Shown piece after piece: positions 13,637 through 26,911 of a stretch of DNA of 64,000 nucleotides. The translations under genes were made by a program, and so were the position numbers. Under the pieces are notes generated by a model. The model ran no database searches and was not told the DNA's origin. It saw nothing but the letters and a program-made list of their open reading frames with translations. The DNA is from Eledone cirrhosa (Eukaryota). Position 1 is the stretch's first letter. Every line of letters starts with the position of its first letter. The stretch is taken from assembly GCA_964016885.1 (NCBI GenBank), contig OZ024742.1, forward strand, positions 336,164,001 through 336,228,000, written 5' to 3'.

Positions 13637-14780
13637 TGGGGACAATACAAGGGTGAACAAAAAAAAAAGAACACAAAAATAGTCTCGATAAGAACATAAG
13701 ACAACTATCTACAGTTTCTTAATAAAGAGATACTAGACTTTAAGTTAACTCCAGGAAAATCACCACACAAAACTCCAGATTACTCGGTCACCTCACGGGG
13801 TTTGAAAGTACCCTTTTCAGATTCCTCCCTTCCTGCTTAGTAAAGCATAATCAGAGTAGGCCCATTCAGCCTCGGCTATTTCGCCGCTCTCAGCCATCTT
13901 TCATAAAGCACACTAGAAGGCAGCACCTCCATCACTATCTCCTTCTCAAGTGGTACTTTAGATTTTGATGAGGGCTTGGTCGAAGAGGAAGTTTCCTGTT
14001 CCTGAACTCTTTAGACGTGTTCACCTTACAGCTTTTTTGGTTATAGCTTCCAGGCAGAGGAAGACTTGCCGGTGGACATATTTTCACTATATACACGGCC
14101 AATAGCTGGATTTGTCGTACTCGTGATAGTTATTCTACACACGTTTACATTTCTGCAAAGCATGGACACTGGGCGATAGCATGCATAGTCGATTTCGTCG
14201 CACTATATGGATCTTGGACAGGTTTGGCTGTTGGCACTTTCGTGCCTATAGAGATCGTCTCGAACTGTTGTGTCCACCTGTAGCACTGACTCATCAAGGA
14301 ATTTTAGAGACTGTCTATAATCAGCGACCTGTTTTCTGTTCGCCTTCTACGTTGTCCAGCTAGTAAAGGGCATAAGCACATGACAACACGCCCAGTTGTC
14401 TTCCTCCAACCGAAAAGTTTATACTAAGAGCTGATCCGTTCACTCGGACTATGTGATCTTCAATTTGGACTCAGCTGATAGCCAGATCCTTCCTATACGT
14501 GAGATTGGGTGTTCGACATTAACACACAAGTCAGCGGTACTCGGACACCGGACGAATACTTGTAGGACTGTTGCATCGCTCTGCACGCATCGTAGACAAG
14601 CCGGGCTGGTGGTACATTCATACCTGCTTAGTTGATCCTGAACTGACATTGCTTCCCGCCACTAATCCTCTATAGAATGCCAAAGTGGATTTTCCACCAA
14701 TCGCAGTGCCTAACGAGTAAAAGGCTGTAAACATTTGATTACATTCCAGTTGCCAAGCCCTCCATCTCGGCCTTTTCCTG
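13637..14780 (-). mobile_element. decayed Tx1/L1-like 3' fragment
   Basis: CLRC..TVLQVFVRCPSTADL..VEH.ISRIGRI.L..ES resembles the C-terminus of the 43005-44743 ORF; similar 3'UTR cttgtattgtcccc. Confidence 0.7.
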
Positions 14781-15326
14781 ATTCAAGACTGCAATAATGA
14801 TAATTGTTTCTGATTTAAGCACAAGGTCAACAATTTTGTGAATGAATCCACTTACACATTAATTTTATGGTGCAGACTGTTCCTTTAGTCGGAAACTTGA
14901 AGTCATAAGCGAATCCGACAGAGGTCCTTTGCATGTGAGACTAAGCTAAACTAGTCAAATGATTAGAAATTATATATTGCAGTTGTCTCCCCTTGACCGT
15001 AACTAAATTTGATAAACATATTTGACATTTTCCTCTTCTTATTGCAAAGGTAATTTTCATTCATTGTAAAAAAAGAAGAAACAAAGAAAAAAAAAATGCA
15101 CACTTCATTAAGACTATATTAAGCTTGGCTAGTCTAAGTTAATCGATGATTGGTAGGTGCACAAGGTTAAGCCTCGATTTCAGGGTCAGTTGTAGCTCTG
15201 AACGGTCGCTGAACCTCTCTATAAAGCACACGTACGACCTACATTGGAGTAAGGCTAACATATCTGGATCAGTAGAGCTGCTACACACACACAAAAGCAG
15301 ACAGATACATACACATATACAAGTAA

Positions 15327-15420
<94 letters not shown>

Positions 15421-16524
15421 ACACACACAAATATTATGAACTGGATTAGACTTCTGTTAATATATTTGGGTCAACGTAGCTGCGTGACACAAACATTCTA
15501 AACCTCCTAAATAAATATGTATAAATATAATCAATGAGAAAATGCTAAACAGTTGATTATAAAATACAGTATTGATTTCTGACCTAGGCACAAGGTGACA
15601 AATTTTAGGAGAGGTACAATCGATTAACCGTTAGACACTGCCTATGATTTTTAAATAATTTAAAAAATAATTAGGAGTTTGGAGTGATTTATTCATATAA
15701 CTATATTTCTCAGTATTAAGATTGTGTTTGAAACATAAAAATATGATGTAAGGTTTTAGATAAATATGTATATACGGACCCATAACTTCTGATGCCGTCG
15801 TACTGGTGTAATGTTCATATACAGTGTATCATAGGAATGTTAAACGTTGCTTTCCAGGCAACACAGCCCATTTCTTCTTCTTTGAGAGAGAAAGAAGGGG
15901 GGTGGAACTCCTCGATTCCACTACTGGACTAGTAAGTTTTTATCGACCTCAAAATGATGAAAGGCAAAATTGACCGCATTGGAATTTGAATCCAGAGCCC
16001 AGAGATCCAGAACGAATACCGAAATGCATTCTATCCGACATTTCAACAATTTGCTGCCTTTAAATAAATATAAGAATTTTAAAATAAACAGTTTTTATTG
16101 TCGAAGTAAAGGCAGTTCCAGGTTGTTTGGCTGGAAACGAAATATAACGGCCGACAGTACTCGACTGGTATTAATATTTTAGATCTTAAAAGGATGAACT
16201 TCCTAGACAGGGATATAGAGTCTGTCTCTCGTTTCGCCTTTCTCCTTATTTTCATTATTTAATATTTTTCTTTTTGTTGTTTATCATGCGAAATATTTTG
16301 TGTGATGTTTTATGCAAATAAATACGAAATTTCCGTGAATGGATTTAAAGACAGAGAAAATAAAAAAGTAAAATCAACCCGGAAACATTTGAACTCAGAT
16401 TGTAAAAGGTTGTAAATAAATACTACAATGTATTTAGTTTGATCCGCTCAGGCAAGAACTGTAGTATGGTACAACGACCAGGCGGTAAATAATGTGATGC
16501 AGGCGTATGTAAATAATGTGCCGA

Positions 16525-16770
16525 CGCGAGGATTAGTGGTAAGGGTGTTGGTCTTACGATCATAATGTTGTGGGTTCGATTCCTGGGCTGAGTTGCTTGT
16601 TGTGCTGTTGAGCAAAATATATCATTTCACGTTGCTCCAATATACTCAGCTGTAAGTACCATCAATAGGTTTAACCCAGGGAGAAGTCTTGTATCCCCAA
16701 TCCATGCCGTGAAACCGGGATAAGCACCGGCCTAACGAGTCTACTGGCTTAAGACAAACTTCAGGCGTTT
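16525..16770 (+). mobile_element. SINE family B variant
   Basis: tagtggtaagggtg...gggttcgattcc...ttcacgttgctcca. Confidence 0.6.
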
Positions 16771-17338
16771 GTCACCTCTGCCCAAACTTTCTCAGCTCAT
16801 TTCTGGGTAAGACTAACAACACTGAATGTAATCTCTCCTAGTTACAATTCCAATTGCAGCTTCGGAACGAACAATGTACCAACCAGTTTAATCAGTCCGT
16901 AGGTCTAGTACCTTATGAGACTTTTCCAAGTCATCAACTTGTCTCACCAGGTGGCAGGTTGCGAGCTGCAAAAATTGACGATCTCGTATTTCTTTAGAAT
17001 GATCCTGGCTCTCTTGAATTATATGTTGTCCGTCATCATTACAGCGACGTTCACATATATTAACACGGCTCTCCTGCCTCCCAGGTCGAGACTTCGAGAT
17101 TCTGCAACAAATTTTATTTCCGACTTCACCGGTTAATATATAAGAAATACAATACATTTCTCTTTTTTTTTTCTAACATTCGCTGATGGCAACATCAAAT
17201 ATTTCAGTCTAAAGAAGCGGTAAAAAACGTAATTCTGTGTATGTATTCATTTTAGCATGTATGTCTAGTATCTAGTGCATTAGGTTTTAGATATCTTTAT
17301 ATCTTTTTAAATATTTTATAAACTTTCGTCTGTATAAA

Positions 17339-17373
17339 TGGATTATTGAAGTTTATAGTAAACCCCACTCCCC

Positions 17374-17425
<52 letters not shown>

Positions 17426-17471
17426 CTAGAGAGAGAGGGTGGGGGTGGAGTTTACTATAAACTTCAATAAT

Positions 17472-17476
<5 letters not shown>
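17339..17476. repeat. palindrome centred on (CT)n(TA)n(GA)n
   Basis: atggattattgaagtttatagtaaac and gtttactataaacttcaataatccat arms. Confidence 0.85.
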
Positions 17477-17523
<47 letters not shown>

Positions 17524-17719
17524 GTGTGTTCTTATGTGAATCCAGGACGAACATATTTTATCGATACCTGTTTATTGAACAATTAAGTAACATTGTATAA
17601 AAATACACTTAAACACCACCAGCACTTGAGGTAGTGTAAATATTAACAGACAAACAGACGCACGTATGGATATTAATATATAGATATATATGCTCACATA
17701 TACACATAAACATGTATGA

Positions 17720-17782
<63 letters not shown>

Positions 17783-20700
17783 CAGGTTGCTCTCGAGTGC
17801 TACTGGCAATATGTAACCCAGTACTACCTGTCTCATGGTCGGGTCGTCGGCGACTAAACCGGCAACCCCACCAGGCTTGCTTGGTGAGGAGGGTGATATT
17901 TGGACACCCTGCTGGATGAAATACAAAACCTGGCAAAGTGCGGAGGAACTCAACGGCCATCCAACTAGTACTTTTTTTTTTTTTTTTTACCTGGGAGTGA
18001 AGGGCCCCCTGTTGTTGTCACAACACCTTTCTAGGAGAGGGAAATTCTGAAGGAAAACCTGCAGCTTTGGAAGCATCCGATGATGTTGACCAGTTCTCTT
18101 TTTCGGGTAGTGTTTTCGATACTCAGAGAGTGGGATTGTTCGCGTGCAAGGCCTTTCCCCACTTAAAAAACCTTCAAAGCAGAGGTATCGCTTGTTCAGG
18201 ATCTGTTACAGGTTCGTGTGGCTGGCCGTAGCCTAAAAGAGCACCAAACTCTATGATAACAGATGATAACCTTGAGGTCAATGGCAGTGAGGGCTCTGGA
18301 ACTTATTGTGAAGGGGTCTGGCCCAGCAGGTGTCCTATGGCACTGCAGCGTGGGCCCGGTCGTCATTCAACAACTGGAAGGAGGCTCAAACCTCTGAATA
18401 TTGGATGTTGGAATGTGAGAACTTTACTGGATTCCCAGTCCAGTAAAACTCGCCCTGAAAGAAGATCTGCTTTGGTGTCGAGGGAACTCGATCGCTATAG
18501 CATGGACATCGTTGCTCTTTCAGAAACGAGATTGGCAGGTGAGGGTCAATTCACAGAACATAAGGGAGGATATACCTTCTATTGGAGTGGTGGAGCAGAG
18601 GGTTGTAGGAGAGAGGCAGGGGCCGCATTTGCAGTCAGGAATGGAATCGTTTCAAAGCTGGAAAATCTTCCTTGTGAATTCAATGATCGGATAATGTCCG
18701 TGAGAGTCCCTCTGATTCAAAACCGCTTTGTGACTCTGCTCAGTGTGTACGCTCCTACTATGTGTGTTAGTGATGATGAAAAACTAAGTTTCTACATGTC
18801 TTTGAGAGAGGTCATCCATGATATACCTTATGCAGACAGGATTGTCATCATTGGTGATTTTAATGCACGTGTTGGTAATGACTTGGAAGCTTGGAGTGTG
18901 ATGGGGAGGCATGGAGTAGGTAATAACAATGGCCTACTTCTGCTGCAGATGTGCACTGAGATGGATCTTGTTGTTGGGAACACGCTCTTTCAGCAGAAAG
19001 ACAAATATAAGACAACTTGGATGCATCCAGGTTCCAAGAAGTGGCACCTTATTGACTTCGTTTTAACGAGAAAACGTGATATCAGGGATATCACATTGGT
19101 TCGTGTATAGCGAGGCGCGGAATGTTCTGATGCGCGCCAAGTTTCAATTTGTTGTGCAGCCCAAAGTAATGGGGAAGAAGGTTGCACTTCCAAAACAACT
19201 AAACGTGGCTCGTCTGAAAACAGAAAGTCAGAGCTGAGCTTCGAGGTCCCTTGAGTCCATGGAATGTGAAAACACTTGGGAATCATTGAAGAAAACCGTC
19301 TATGATGTTAGTGCCGGAGTTTTGTGTCATACCAATAGAAAGCATAAAGACTGGTTCGATGAAAATGATGCAGTGATCCAGACCTTGCTTGAAGAGAAAC
19401 AAAAAGTGCTGACATCATTGTTGTGTGAGACACGTTCTGACAGGAGTGACCGGACCCTCAGGCAGATTACGGCACGTGTGCAACATCGATTGAGAGCCAT
19501 GCAGGATACCTGGTGGAGCCAAAAGGCTAATGAAATCCAGAAGGCCTCAGATAGACATGATACAAAGCTCCTATACAGTCTGTTCAGGGAGGTGTATGGT
19601 CTGACCGGTTCACGAATATCACCACTTCGCTCCGGGGACGGCAATGAATTGCTCAAAGATCCGAAGGAAATCCTGATCAGGTGGCATGACCACTTTGATG
19701 AGCTTCTCAACAGACCATCAGAAATTGATGATCAGTTCATCCGGTCGATTCCATCCAGACCTACAAAGCTGGCAATGGCTGATCCTCCTTCATTTGATGA
19801 GGTGGCGAAGGCCATTGCCAAATTAAACTGCAGCAAGTCACCTGGAATGGATGGACTGAGTGCCGAGATTTTCAAGTGTGCTGGTGATAACTTCTTAAAC
19901 CACCTCACTGATCTCTTTGTGAATGTTTGGAGTGAAGAAGATGTGCCACAGGATTGGAAAGATGCATTGATGGTGGTACTTTACAAAGGAAAGGGGGCCA
20001 AAGATGACTGTGGCAACTACAGAGGTATTTCACTGCTATCTGTGGCTGGGAAGATTTTGTGCAGGACATTGTTGGACAGATTGATACAGCACATTGCTGT
20101 TGAGGTACTTCCTGAGTCCCAATGTGGCTTTAGGAATGGCAGAGGCACTGTTGACATGATCTCGGCCAGACAACTTCAAGAGAAATGCAATGAGCAGCGC
20201 ATGGACTTATACCAAGTTTTTGTCGATCTGACCAATGCATTTGACACCGTTAATCGGAAGGCTTTGTGGGTTATTTTGGAGAGATTGGGCTGTCCTGAAA
20301 AGTTTGTGAACATTCTGAAACTCTTCCACGATGACATGCAGGCATGGGTGAATGTTGGAGGTAAACTGTCTGAGCCAATCTCGGTTGAGAATGGTGTCAA
20401 GCAGGGTGATATACCTGCACCAACTTTGTTTGCCTTGTATTTCGCGATGGTGTTCTTCATGGCCTTCAAGGATTGTCAACACGGTATCTATCTCAGATAT
20501 CGCACTTCCGGCAAGCCGTTTAACCTTAGGCGTCTCACTGCCAACACTAAGGTACTGAGTACCTTGATCAGATAATTTTTATATGCAGATGATTGTGATC
20601 TCTTTGCATCATCCCATCTGGGATTCCATCCCAGAGTGACATGCAACACCTTATGGATTCTTTTTTCAATGCGTGCAGTGCTTTGGGACTGACAATCAGT

Positions 20701-21748
20701 CTGAAGAAGACTGTAGTCATGTACCAACCTGCTCCAGATAAAGTTTTCAATGAACCCTCCATACACGTATACGGTCAAAAGCTGAAGGCAGCTGACACAT
20801 TTGTGTATTTGGGGAGTACTCTGAGTGTGACCTGCTCTCTGGATGCAGACGTTGGTCTACCTGTTAGTAAGGCAAGTGAGTCATTTGGAAGGCTCAACGA
20901 CCGTCTTTGGTGCAGGCGAGGAATCACAATGAGGACCAAGGTGAGAGTGTATGCTGCTTGTGTACTGTCAGCTTTGCTGTATGCATGTGAAACATGGGTT
21001 GCCTACAAACGGCATGTCCACAGACTGGAACGGTTTCATCAGCAGTGTCTCAGAAAGATGTTTGGTATCAAGTGGCAGATGCATGTGAGTGATGTTGAGG
21101 TCTTGAGAGATGTGAGTGTCGGAGCATTGAGAGTATCATCCACCAACGGCGTTTGCGATGGACCGGACACCTCTGCAGAATGGATGATGATCGAGTCCCA
21201 AAACAACTCTTGTATGGCGAGCTTTGTGAGGGTAAGAGACAACCTCACAAACCAAAGCTCCGATTCAAGCATTGTGTGAAGGACTCATTGAAAAAAATGG
21301 TTTGATGATGGCCGACTGGGAGATAGAAGCTCTTGAAAGAGAGACTTGGCGTGGAATGGTGAATGATGGGGTCCATAATTTTGAGGACAGACAAATAGAG
21401 CACGAGAAGATCAAAAGGGATGTGCGTAAGCAATGCCCTGGTGTATCTCTCGAAACGATCGGTGTCTCCATTGAATTGAAGTGCCCTGAGTGTGGTAAAA
21501 TTTGTTTCAGCAAATCTGGTCTCAGGAGCCACAGTCGCAGCCATGTTCAAAAAGAATCAGTGAACTATGATCTCCACGGTGTTGTGAGGGTTCACGGGCA
21601 ACCTGATGCGGGACCTCAAGCCAGGGAGAGTTGTCGTCAGTGTGTGAAGGAGTGCAAGTCTCTAGCAGGCTTGAAAATCATATCCGAGCGTCCCACATCT
21701 GAATCTGACAATCGATTGCAATACTCTTGGCAGAGTTTGCAGCCATCA
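17783..21748 (+). mobile_element. near full-length RTE-clade LINE, inactivated
   Basis: 5'UTR, APE endonuclease, RT and C-terminal C2H2 fingers; ends gcagccatc+(AT)n. Confidence 0.93.
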
Positions 21749-21769
21749 TATATATATATATATATATAA
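18253..21769 (+). pseudogene. RTE ORF (APE + RT + C2H2), disrupted by stops and frameshifts
   Basis: LNIGCWNVRTL, ALSETR, GDFNARVG, IDFVL; KSPGMDG, NYRGISLLS, GVKQGD, YADD at 20582-20593 after in-frame TAA 20573; CPECGKICFSKSGLRSHSRSH. Confidence 0.92.
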
Positions 21770-21978
21770 ATGTAGCGAGAATCGTATTTCGGCGGGTAGA
21801 AATTAGCGAAACGCAACTTCCGTATTGAAATAGTTACCCGGACCCTCGGGGAAGATGGAATACTCCGATATTGGGTTTCTGCAACACCTAAATCAATAAT
21901 ACTGTCTGCTTATAAAAAATAAGCTTTTGGTATAATGATCGCTTTCTCAACAGGCATTTTGTTCTTCGTGCGCCAGAA

Positions 21979-22098
<120 letters not shown>

Positions 22099-22130
22099 AA
22101 TGTAATCTGAGTGTTTCGAATATTAATAAT

Positions 22131-22311
22131 TGTTTCTACTTTAGGCACAAGGTCAGCAATTACCCAGTGCATTACTGGTACTTTATTTTATCGACCCCGT
22201 AAGGATGAAAGGCAAAGTCAACCGCGGCGGGATTTGAACTCAGATCGTAAAGGGACGTAACTATGCTGTAAAGCATGTCGTCTGACTCTCTATCGATATT
22301 GCCAATCCACC
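22131..22311 (-). mobile_element. SINE family A with 18-bp TSD
   Basis: TSD gtttcgaatattaataat at 22113-22130 and 22312-22329. Confidence 0.9.
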
Positions 22312-22541
22312 GTTTCGAATATTAATAATAACATTCGATTCGTTTGCAATTATGCAAACAAGCCTCATTTTTAAAGTCATGTCAGTAGAATGAGCCCTTC
22401 ATTCTTGCTCTTGTGTTGACATGTAAACAGAACTACAGACACTAATATTTCTGGTATTTTCTAAAATACAGTGACTGATCCGCTTGATTTGCATATTACC
22501 AATTATTAGATTACATTTATTGTATTCAGCCATGTAGAGCG

Positions 22542-22610
<69 letters not shown>

Positions 22611-22732
22611 AAAGAATAGAGGTGTAACACACGAGTTATGATATATTGGTAAAAGGAAAAGAAAATGGTGACAAATTGCTAATTAAACTATTTTTCACTG
22701 GGAACAATTTATCAGCATTTTCTTTTCCTTTT

Positions 22733-22819
<87 letters not shown>

Positions 22820-23914
22820 ATGTGTGTGTGAATATATATATATTCATTTTATTAAGGCGAAATAGGGAGAGATTATGTGAGAGAGGAAGTGTGTGTGAAA
22901 AGAAAGGAGGGGGGGGGGTAATTATATGTGATTGTGTGTGAAAGTAAGAGGGGGACGGGGTGTATAATACGTGTGTGTGAGAGAGATATATATATATATA
23001 TTATGTGTGTTAGATTTTTCTGTGTATGTGTATGCGACTATATGTGTATGTGTGTGACAGAAAGACAGAGAGAGTGAGATAAATTATCTGTGTGTGTGCT
23101 TGCTTGTGTTTGTGTGGTATGTGTGTACGCATAGGTGGATAGTATTCGAGTGTAGAGCACCAAGTGATCGAACAGATCCTGTTAATTGATTGTTGTAATC
23201 GATATAGTGTCCTCCGCATTTGGAGTATTGGAGTGAAGTGTGGTATTGATGAGTGGCGGAGCAGGAATATAAATGTGATGAAGTGTTAAACTGACATTGA
23301 ATAAGAGTTGTGAGTGTTTGGAGAGGTGGAGTGTAGTAGGGATACGGTGAGTTTGACTATGACACATAGATGGAGTTAGGACTTACAGTGGTGGAGTGGA
23401 GTTGAGTGAGGCAGTAGTGGATTGAAGCAGTGGGAGAGTAGAGTGAGGTGAAGCAGGGGAGGGATGAAGTGGAGTTGTGGTGGAGTGGAGTAAGATAGTG
23501 GAGGATTGAAGCAATAGTGGAATGGAGTAATCCGAGGAAGGGGAGTAGTGAAGTGAAGTAGTGGTTGAGTGAGGGATGTTAGTGGTAGAATCAGGGAGTG
23601 CTGGAGTGACGTGACACATAGATGGAGTTAGAACTTACAGTGGTGGAGTGAGGTGAAGTTGTGGTAGATTGAGTGGAGTGGAGTAGAGTGACATAGTAGT
23701 GGAGTGAAGTGAGACAGGGCTTGAGGGAAGTGAGCTGAGGCTGAAGAAGAGTGAAGTGAAGTAGTGATGTAGACAAATGTTATAAGTTAGTGGTAGAATC
23801 AGGGAATGCTGGAGTGCTGTTAGCTTCGGTTGGTGGGGTTCGCTCAACCAGAGTGCTCTAATGATGCAAGTACGTGGTATGTGTCTAACAGTGGTGGGGT
23901 GTACTCCATTGAAG

Positions 23915-24325
23915 CAGACCAGTCAACTCTCCCCGTCGGACAGGGAGATCTCCCACCCAGTTTGGGGTGGATGAGAAATGTCCTCTCTTGTGAAAATGGG
24001 TATAGCTTTCATTATGTAAAAATCTCCAAGGGCGGATGGATTGGGTGGATTGGCAGTATCGGTAGAGGGTCGGATGCCATGCTTTGACGCATAGAGTTAC
24101 GGCCCTTGCCATTCTGAGTTCAAATACCGCCGAGGTTAACTTTGCCTTTCATCCTTACGGGGTCTATAAAATAAAGTACCAGTAATGCACTGGCTAATTG
24201 CTGGCCTTGTGCCAAAAGTAGAAACAATTATGTAAAATCTCGCCATTTTGCCTCATTTCTCCCCGTTTCGGGCCCCTTTCTTTCATGGTACTCCCCGTTT
24301 GGGTTTTTTGAAGTTGGCAGGTCTG
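23915..24325 (+). mobile_element. ~195-bp MITE (CAGACCTGCCAAC-type TIR) interrupted by a SINE
   Basis: cagaccagtcaac...gttggcaggtctg; uninterrupted copies at 56861-57055 and 57280-57473. Confidence 0.85.
24027..24226 (+). mobile_element. SINE family A nested in MITE
   Basis: flanked by duplicated attatgtaaaa(a)tctc. Confidence 0.9.
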
Positions 24326-24589
24326 AAGTGTTACAGTACAGAGGGTGTTGGTAACAGTGATTGAGTGAAGTGTAGCTGTACTGGAGTGAAGTATTGCAAT
24401 GGTGGTGTGGTGTAAAGGTGATGGAGTAAAGTGTGGCAGTACTGATATTAGTGGAGTTAAGTGTGGTTTTGCTAGGTTGGTAGGGAAGAGGTGTAAGAGT
24501 GGTGAATTATAGTGGGGTTGGGTTGGAGTAGAATGTCGCAGTGTTACATAGGTGGAGTGGAATGTGGTTGTGCTGGAGTGGATTGGTGG

Positions 24590-26000
24590 AGGGAAGTGTT
24601 GCGGTGGTGATTTGGTGGAGTTGAGTGGGGTTGTTCTGAAGTGAAGTGTTAGAGTCCTGGATTGGTGGGGTGAAGTGTGGTTGTTCTGGAGTGAATTGTT
24701 ACAGTCCTGGATTGGTAGAGTGAAGTGTGGTTGTACTGGAGTGAAGTGTGATTGTTCTGTAGGGAAGTGCTACAGTGCTGGATTGGTGGAGTGAAGTGTG
24801 GTTGTTCTGAAGGAAAGTGTTACAGTGCTAGATTGGTGGAGTGAAGTGTGGTTGTTCTGAAGGGAAGTGTTACAGTGCTAGATTGGTGGAGTGAAGTGCG
24901 GTTGTTCTGGAGTGAAGTGTGGTTGTTCTGAAGGGAAGTGTTACAGAGCTGGATTGGTGGAGTGAAGTGTGGTTGTTCTGAAGGGAAGTGTTACAGTGCT
25001 AGATTGGTGGAGTGAAGTGTGGTTGTTCTGAAGGGAAGTGTTACAGAGCTGGATTGGTGGAGTGAAGTGTGGTTGTTCTGAAGTGAAGTTTTACATAGCT
25101 GGATTGGTGGGGTGAAGTGTGGTTGTTCTGGAGTGAATTGTTACAGTCCTGGATTGGTAGAGTGAAGTGTGGTTGTACTGGAGTGAAGTGTGATTGTTCT
25201 GTAGGGAAGTGCTACAGTGCTGGATTGGTGGAGTGAAGTGTGGTTGTTCTGAAGGAAAGTGTTACAGTGCTAGATTGGTGGAGTGAAGTGTGGTTGTTCT
25301 GAAGGGAAGTGTTACAGTGCTAGATTGGTGGAGTGAAGTGCGGTTGTTCTGGAGTGAAGTGTGGTTGTTCTGAAGGGAAGTGTTACAGAGCTGGATTGGT
25401 GGAGTGAAGTGTGGTTGTTCTGAAGGGAAGTGTTACAGTGCTAGATTGGTGGAGTGAAGTGTGGTTGTTCTGAAGGGAAGTGTTACAGAGCTGGATTGGT
25501 GGAGTGAAGTGTGGTTGTTCTGAAGTGAAGTTTTACATAGCTGGATTGGTGGAGTGAAGTGTGGTTGTTTGAGAGTGAAGTGTTACAGCGCTGGATTGAT
25601 GGAGTGAAGTGTGGTTGATCTGTAGTGAAGTGTGGTTATTCTGAAGTGAAGTGTTACAGGGCTGGATTGGTAGAGTGAAGTGTGGTTATTCTGAAGTGAA
25701 GTGTGGTTGTTCTGAAGTGAAGCGTTACAGGGCTGGATTGGTGGAGTGAAGTGTGGTTGTTCTGGAGTGAAGTGATACAGGGCTGGATTGGTGGAGTGAA
25801 GTGTGGTTGATCTGTAGTGAAGTGTGGTTATTCTGAAGGGAAGTGTTACAGTGCTGGATTGGTGGAGTGAAGTGTAGTTGTTCTGGAGTGAAGTGTGGTT
25901 GTTCTGAAGTGAAGTGTTACAGAGCTGGATTGGTGGAGTGAAGTGTGGTTGTTCTGGAGTGAAGTGTTACAGGGCTGGATTGGTGGAGTGAAGTGTTACA
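24590..26000. repeat. 50/71-bp GT-rich minisatellite with a ~442-bp block duplication
   Basis: unit ggattggtggagtgaagtgtggttgttctgaagggaagtgttacagagct; the same run of variant units recurs at 24661 and 25103. Confidence 0.93.
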
Positions 26001-26582
26001 GGGCTAGTGAGAGGGTAGAATAATGGAAGATAAAATATGTGTTCCAGCGATCCAAAGCCACTGATCCAGTAAAACTGTTCTGAACATCAAAGACATTCCA
26101 GTTATAGGTTTCCGAATTTAAACTGTTGTCTATAAATAGACAAACATTTGCACACATACACACGAATGATATGCATACAAACAAATACACACACACATAC
26201 ATATATATAATTATATATTTATATATGTGTGTGAGTATATATATATATATATTTATATGTATATGTATATATATTTGTGTGTGTATATATATATATATAC
26301 ATACGTATTGAAAATTGAATTAGAAGCTTTCTCTATAAATTCTCTACAGAAGTCTATTAAACTGCCATAACGGGAGAAATGGATTCATATTAAACGACTT
26401 TCTCAACTCAATTTACAGTGAAAGCTTCGAATATATTTTCTAAATTTTCAATCGCCGCTGTTTCCTAATTCACACGTGCTTTCACACACAGCCACACTCA
26501 CACAGATGTACACAAACACTCACGCACACATATGCATGCATGCGTGTGTCGATAACTATATATACATGTATGTCTGTGTTTG

Positions 26583-26800
26583 AAGGCGCATGGTTAGGGG
26601 TTAGAGCGTTGGGCTTCCAATCGTGTGGTTGCGAGATCGATTCTAGGATTGGGTGAGGCGTTGTGTCCTTGAGAAAAGCATTTGCTTTTCCCTTGGACAA
26701 CATCGGTGGTGTGGCGGGGGAAGGCTGGTATGCATGGACGGCTGATGGTCTTACACAAAACAATCTTGACCAGACTTGTACTTCACAGGAGAAAGTTCAT
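26583..26800 (+). mobile_element. SINE family B variant
   Basis: aggcgcatggttaggggttagagcg...gagatcgattc...gttgtgtccttgag. Confidence 0.65.
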
Positions 26801-26837
26801 GATTATTCGTCACCGAGAGGTTTCTTTACCCTTTTTA

Positions 26838-26891
<54 letters not shown>

Positions 26892-26911
26892 AAGATATAT
26901 ATATATATATA

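Noticed and set aside
15025-15055. Plus-strand pyrimidine tract with aaag|gtaatt
   Set aside because: AAG acceptor and weaker donor; insufficient alone, though worth including in a junction search.
24590-26000. Regularly spaced repeats resembling a CRISPR array (also 59931-60757)
   Set aside because: No unique spacers, no cas genes, eukaryotic context.
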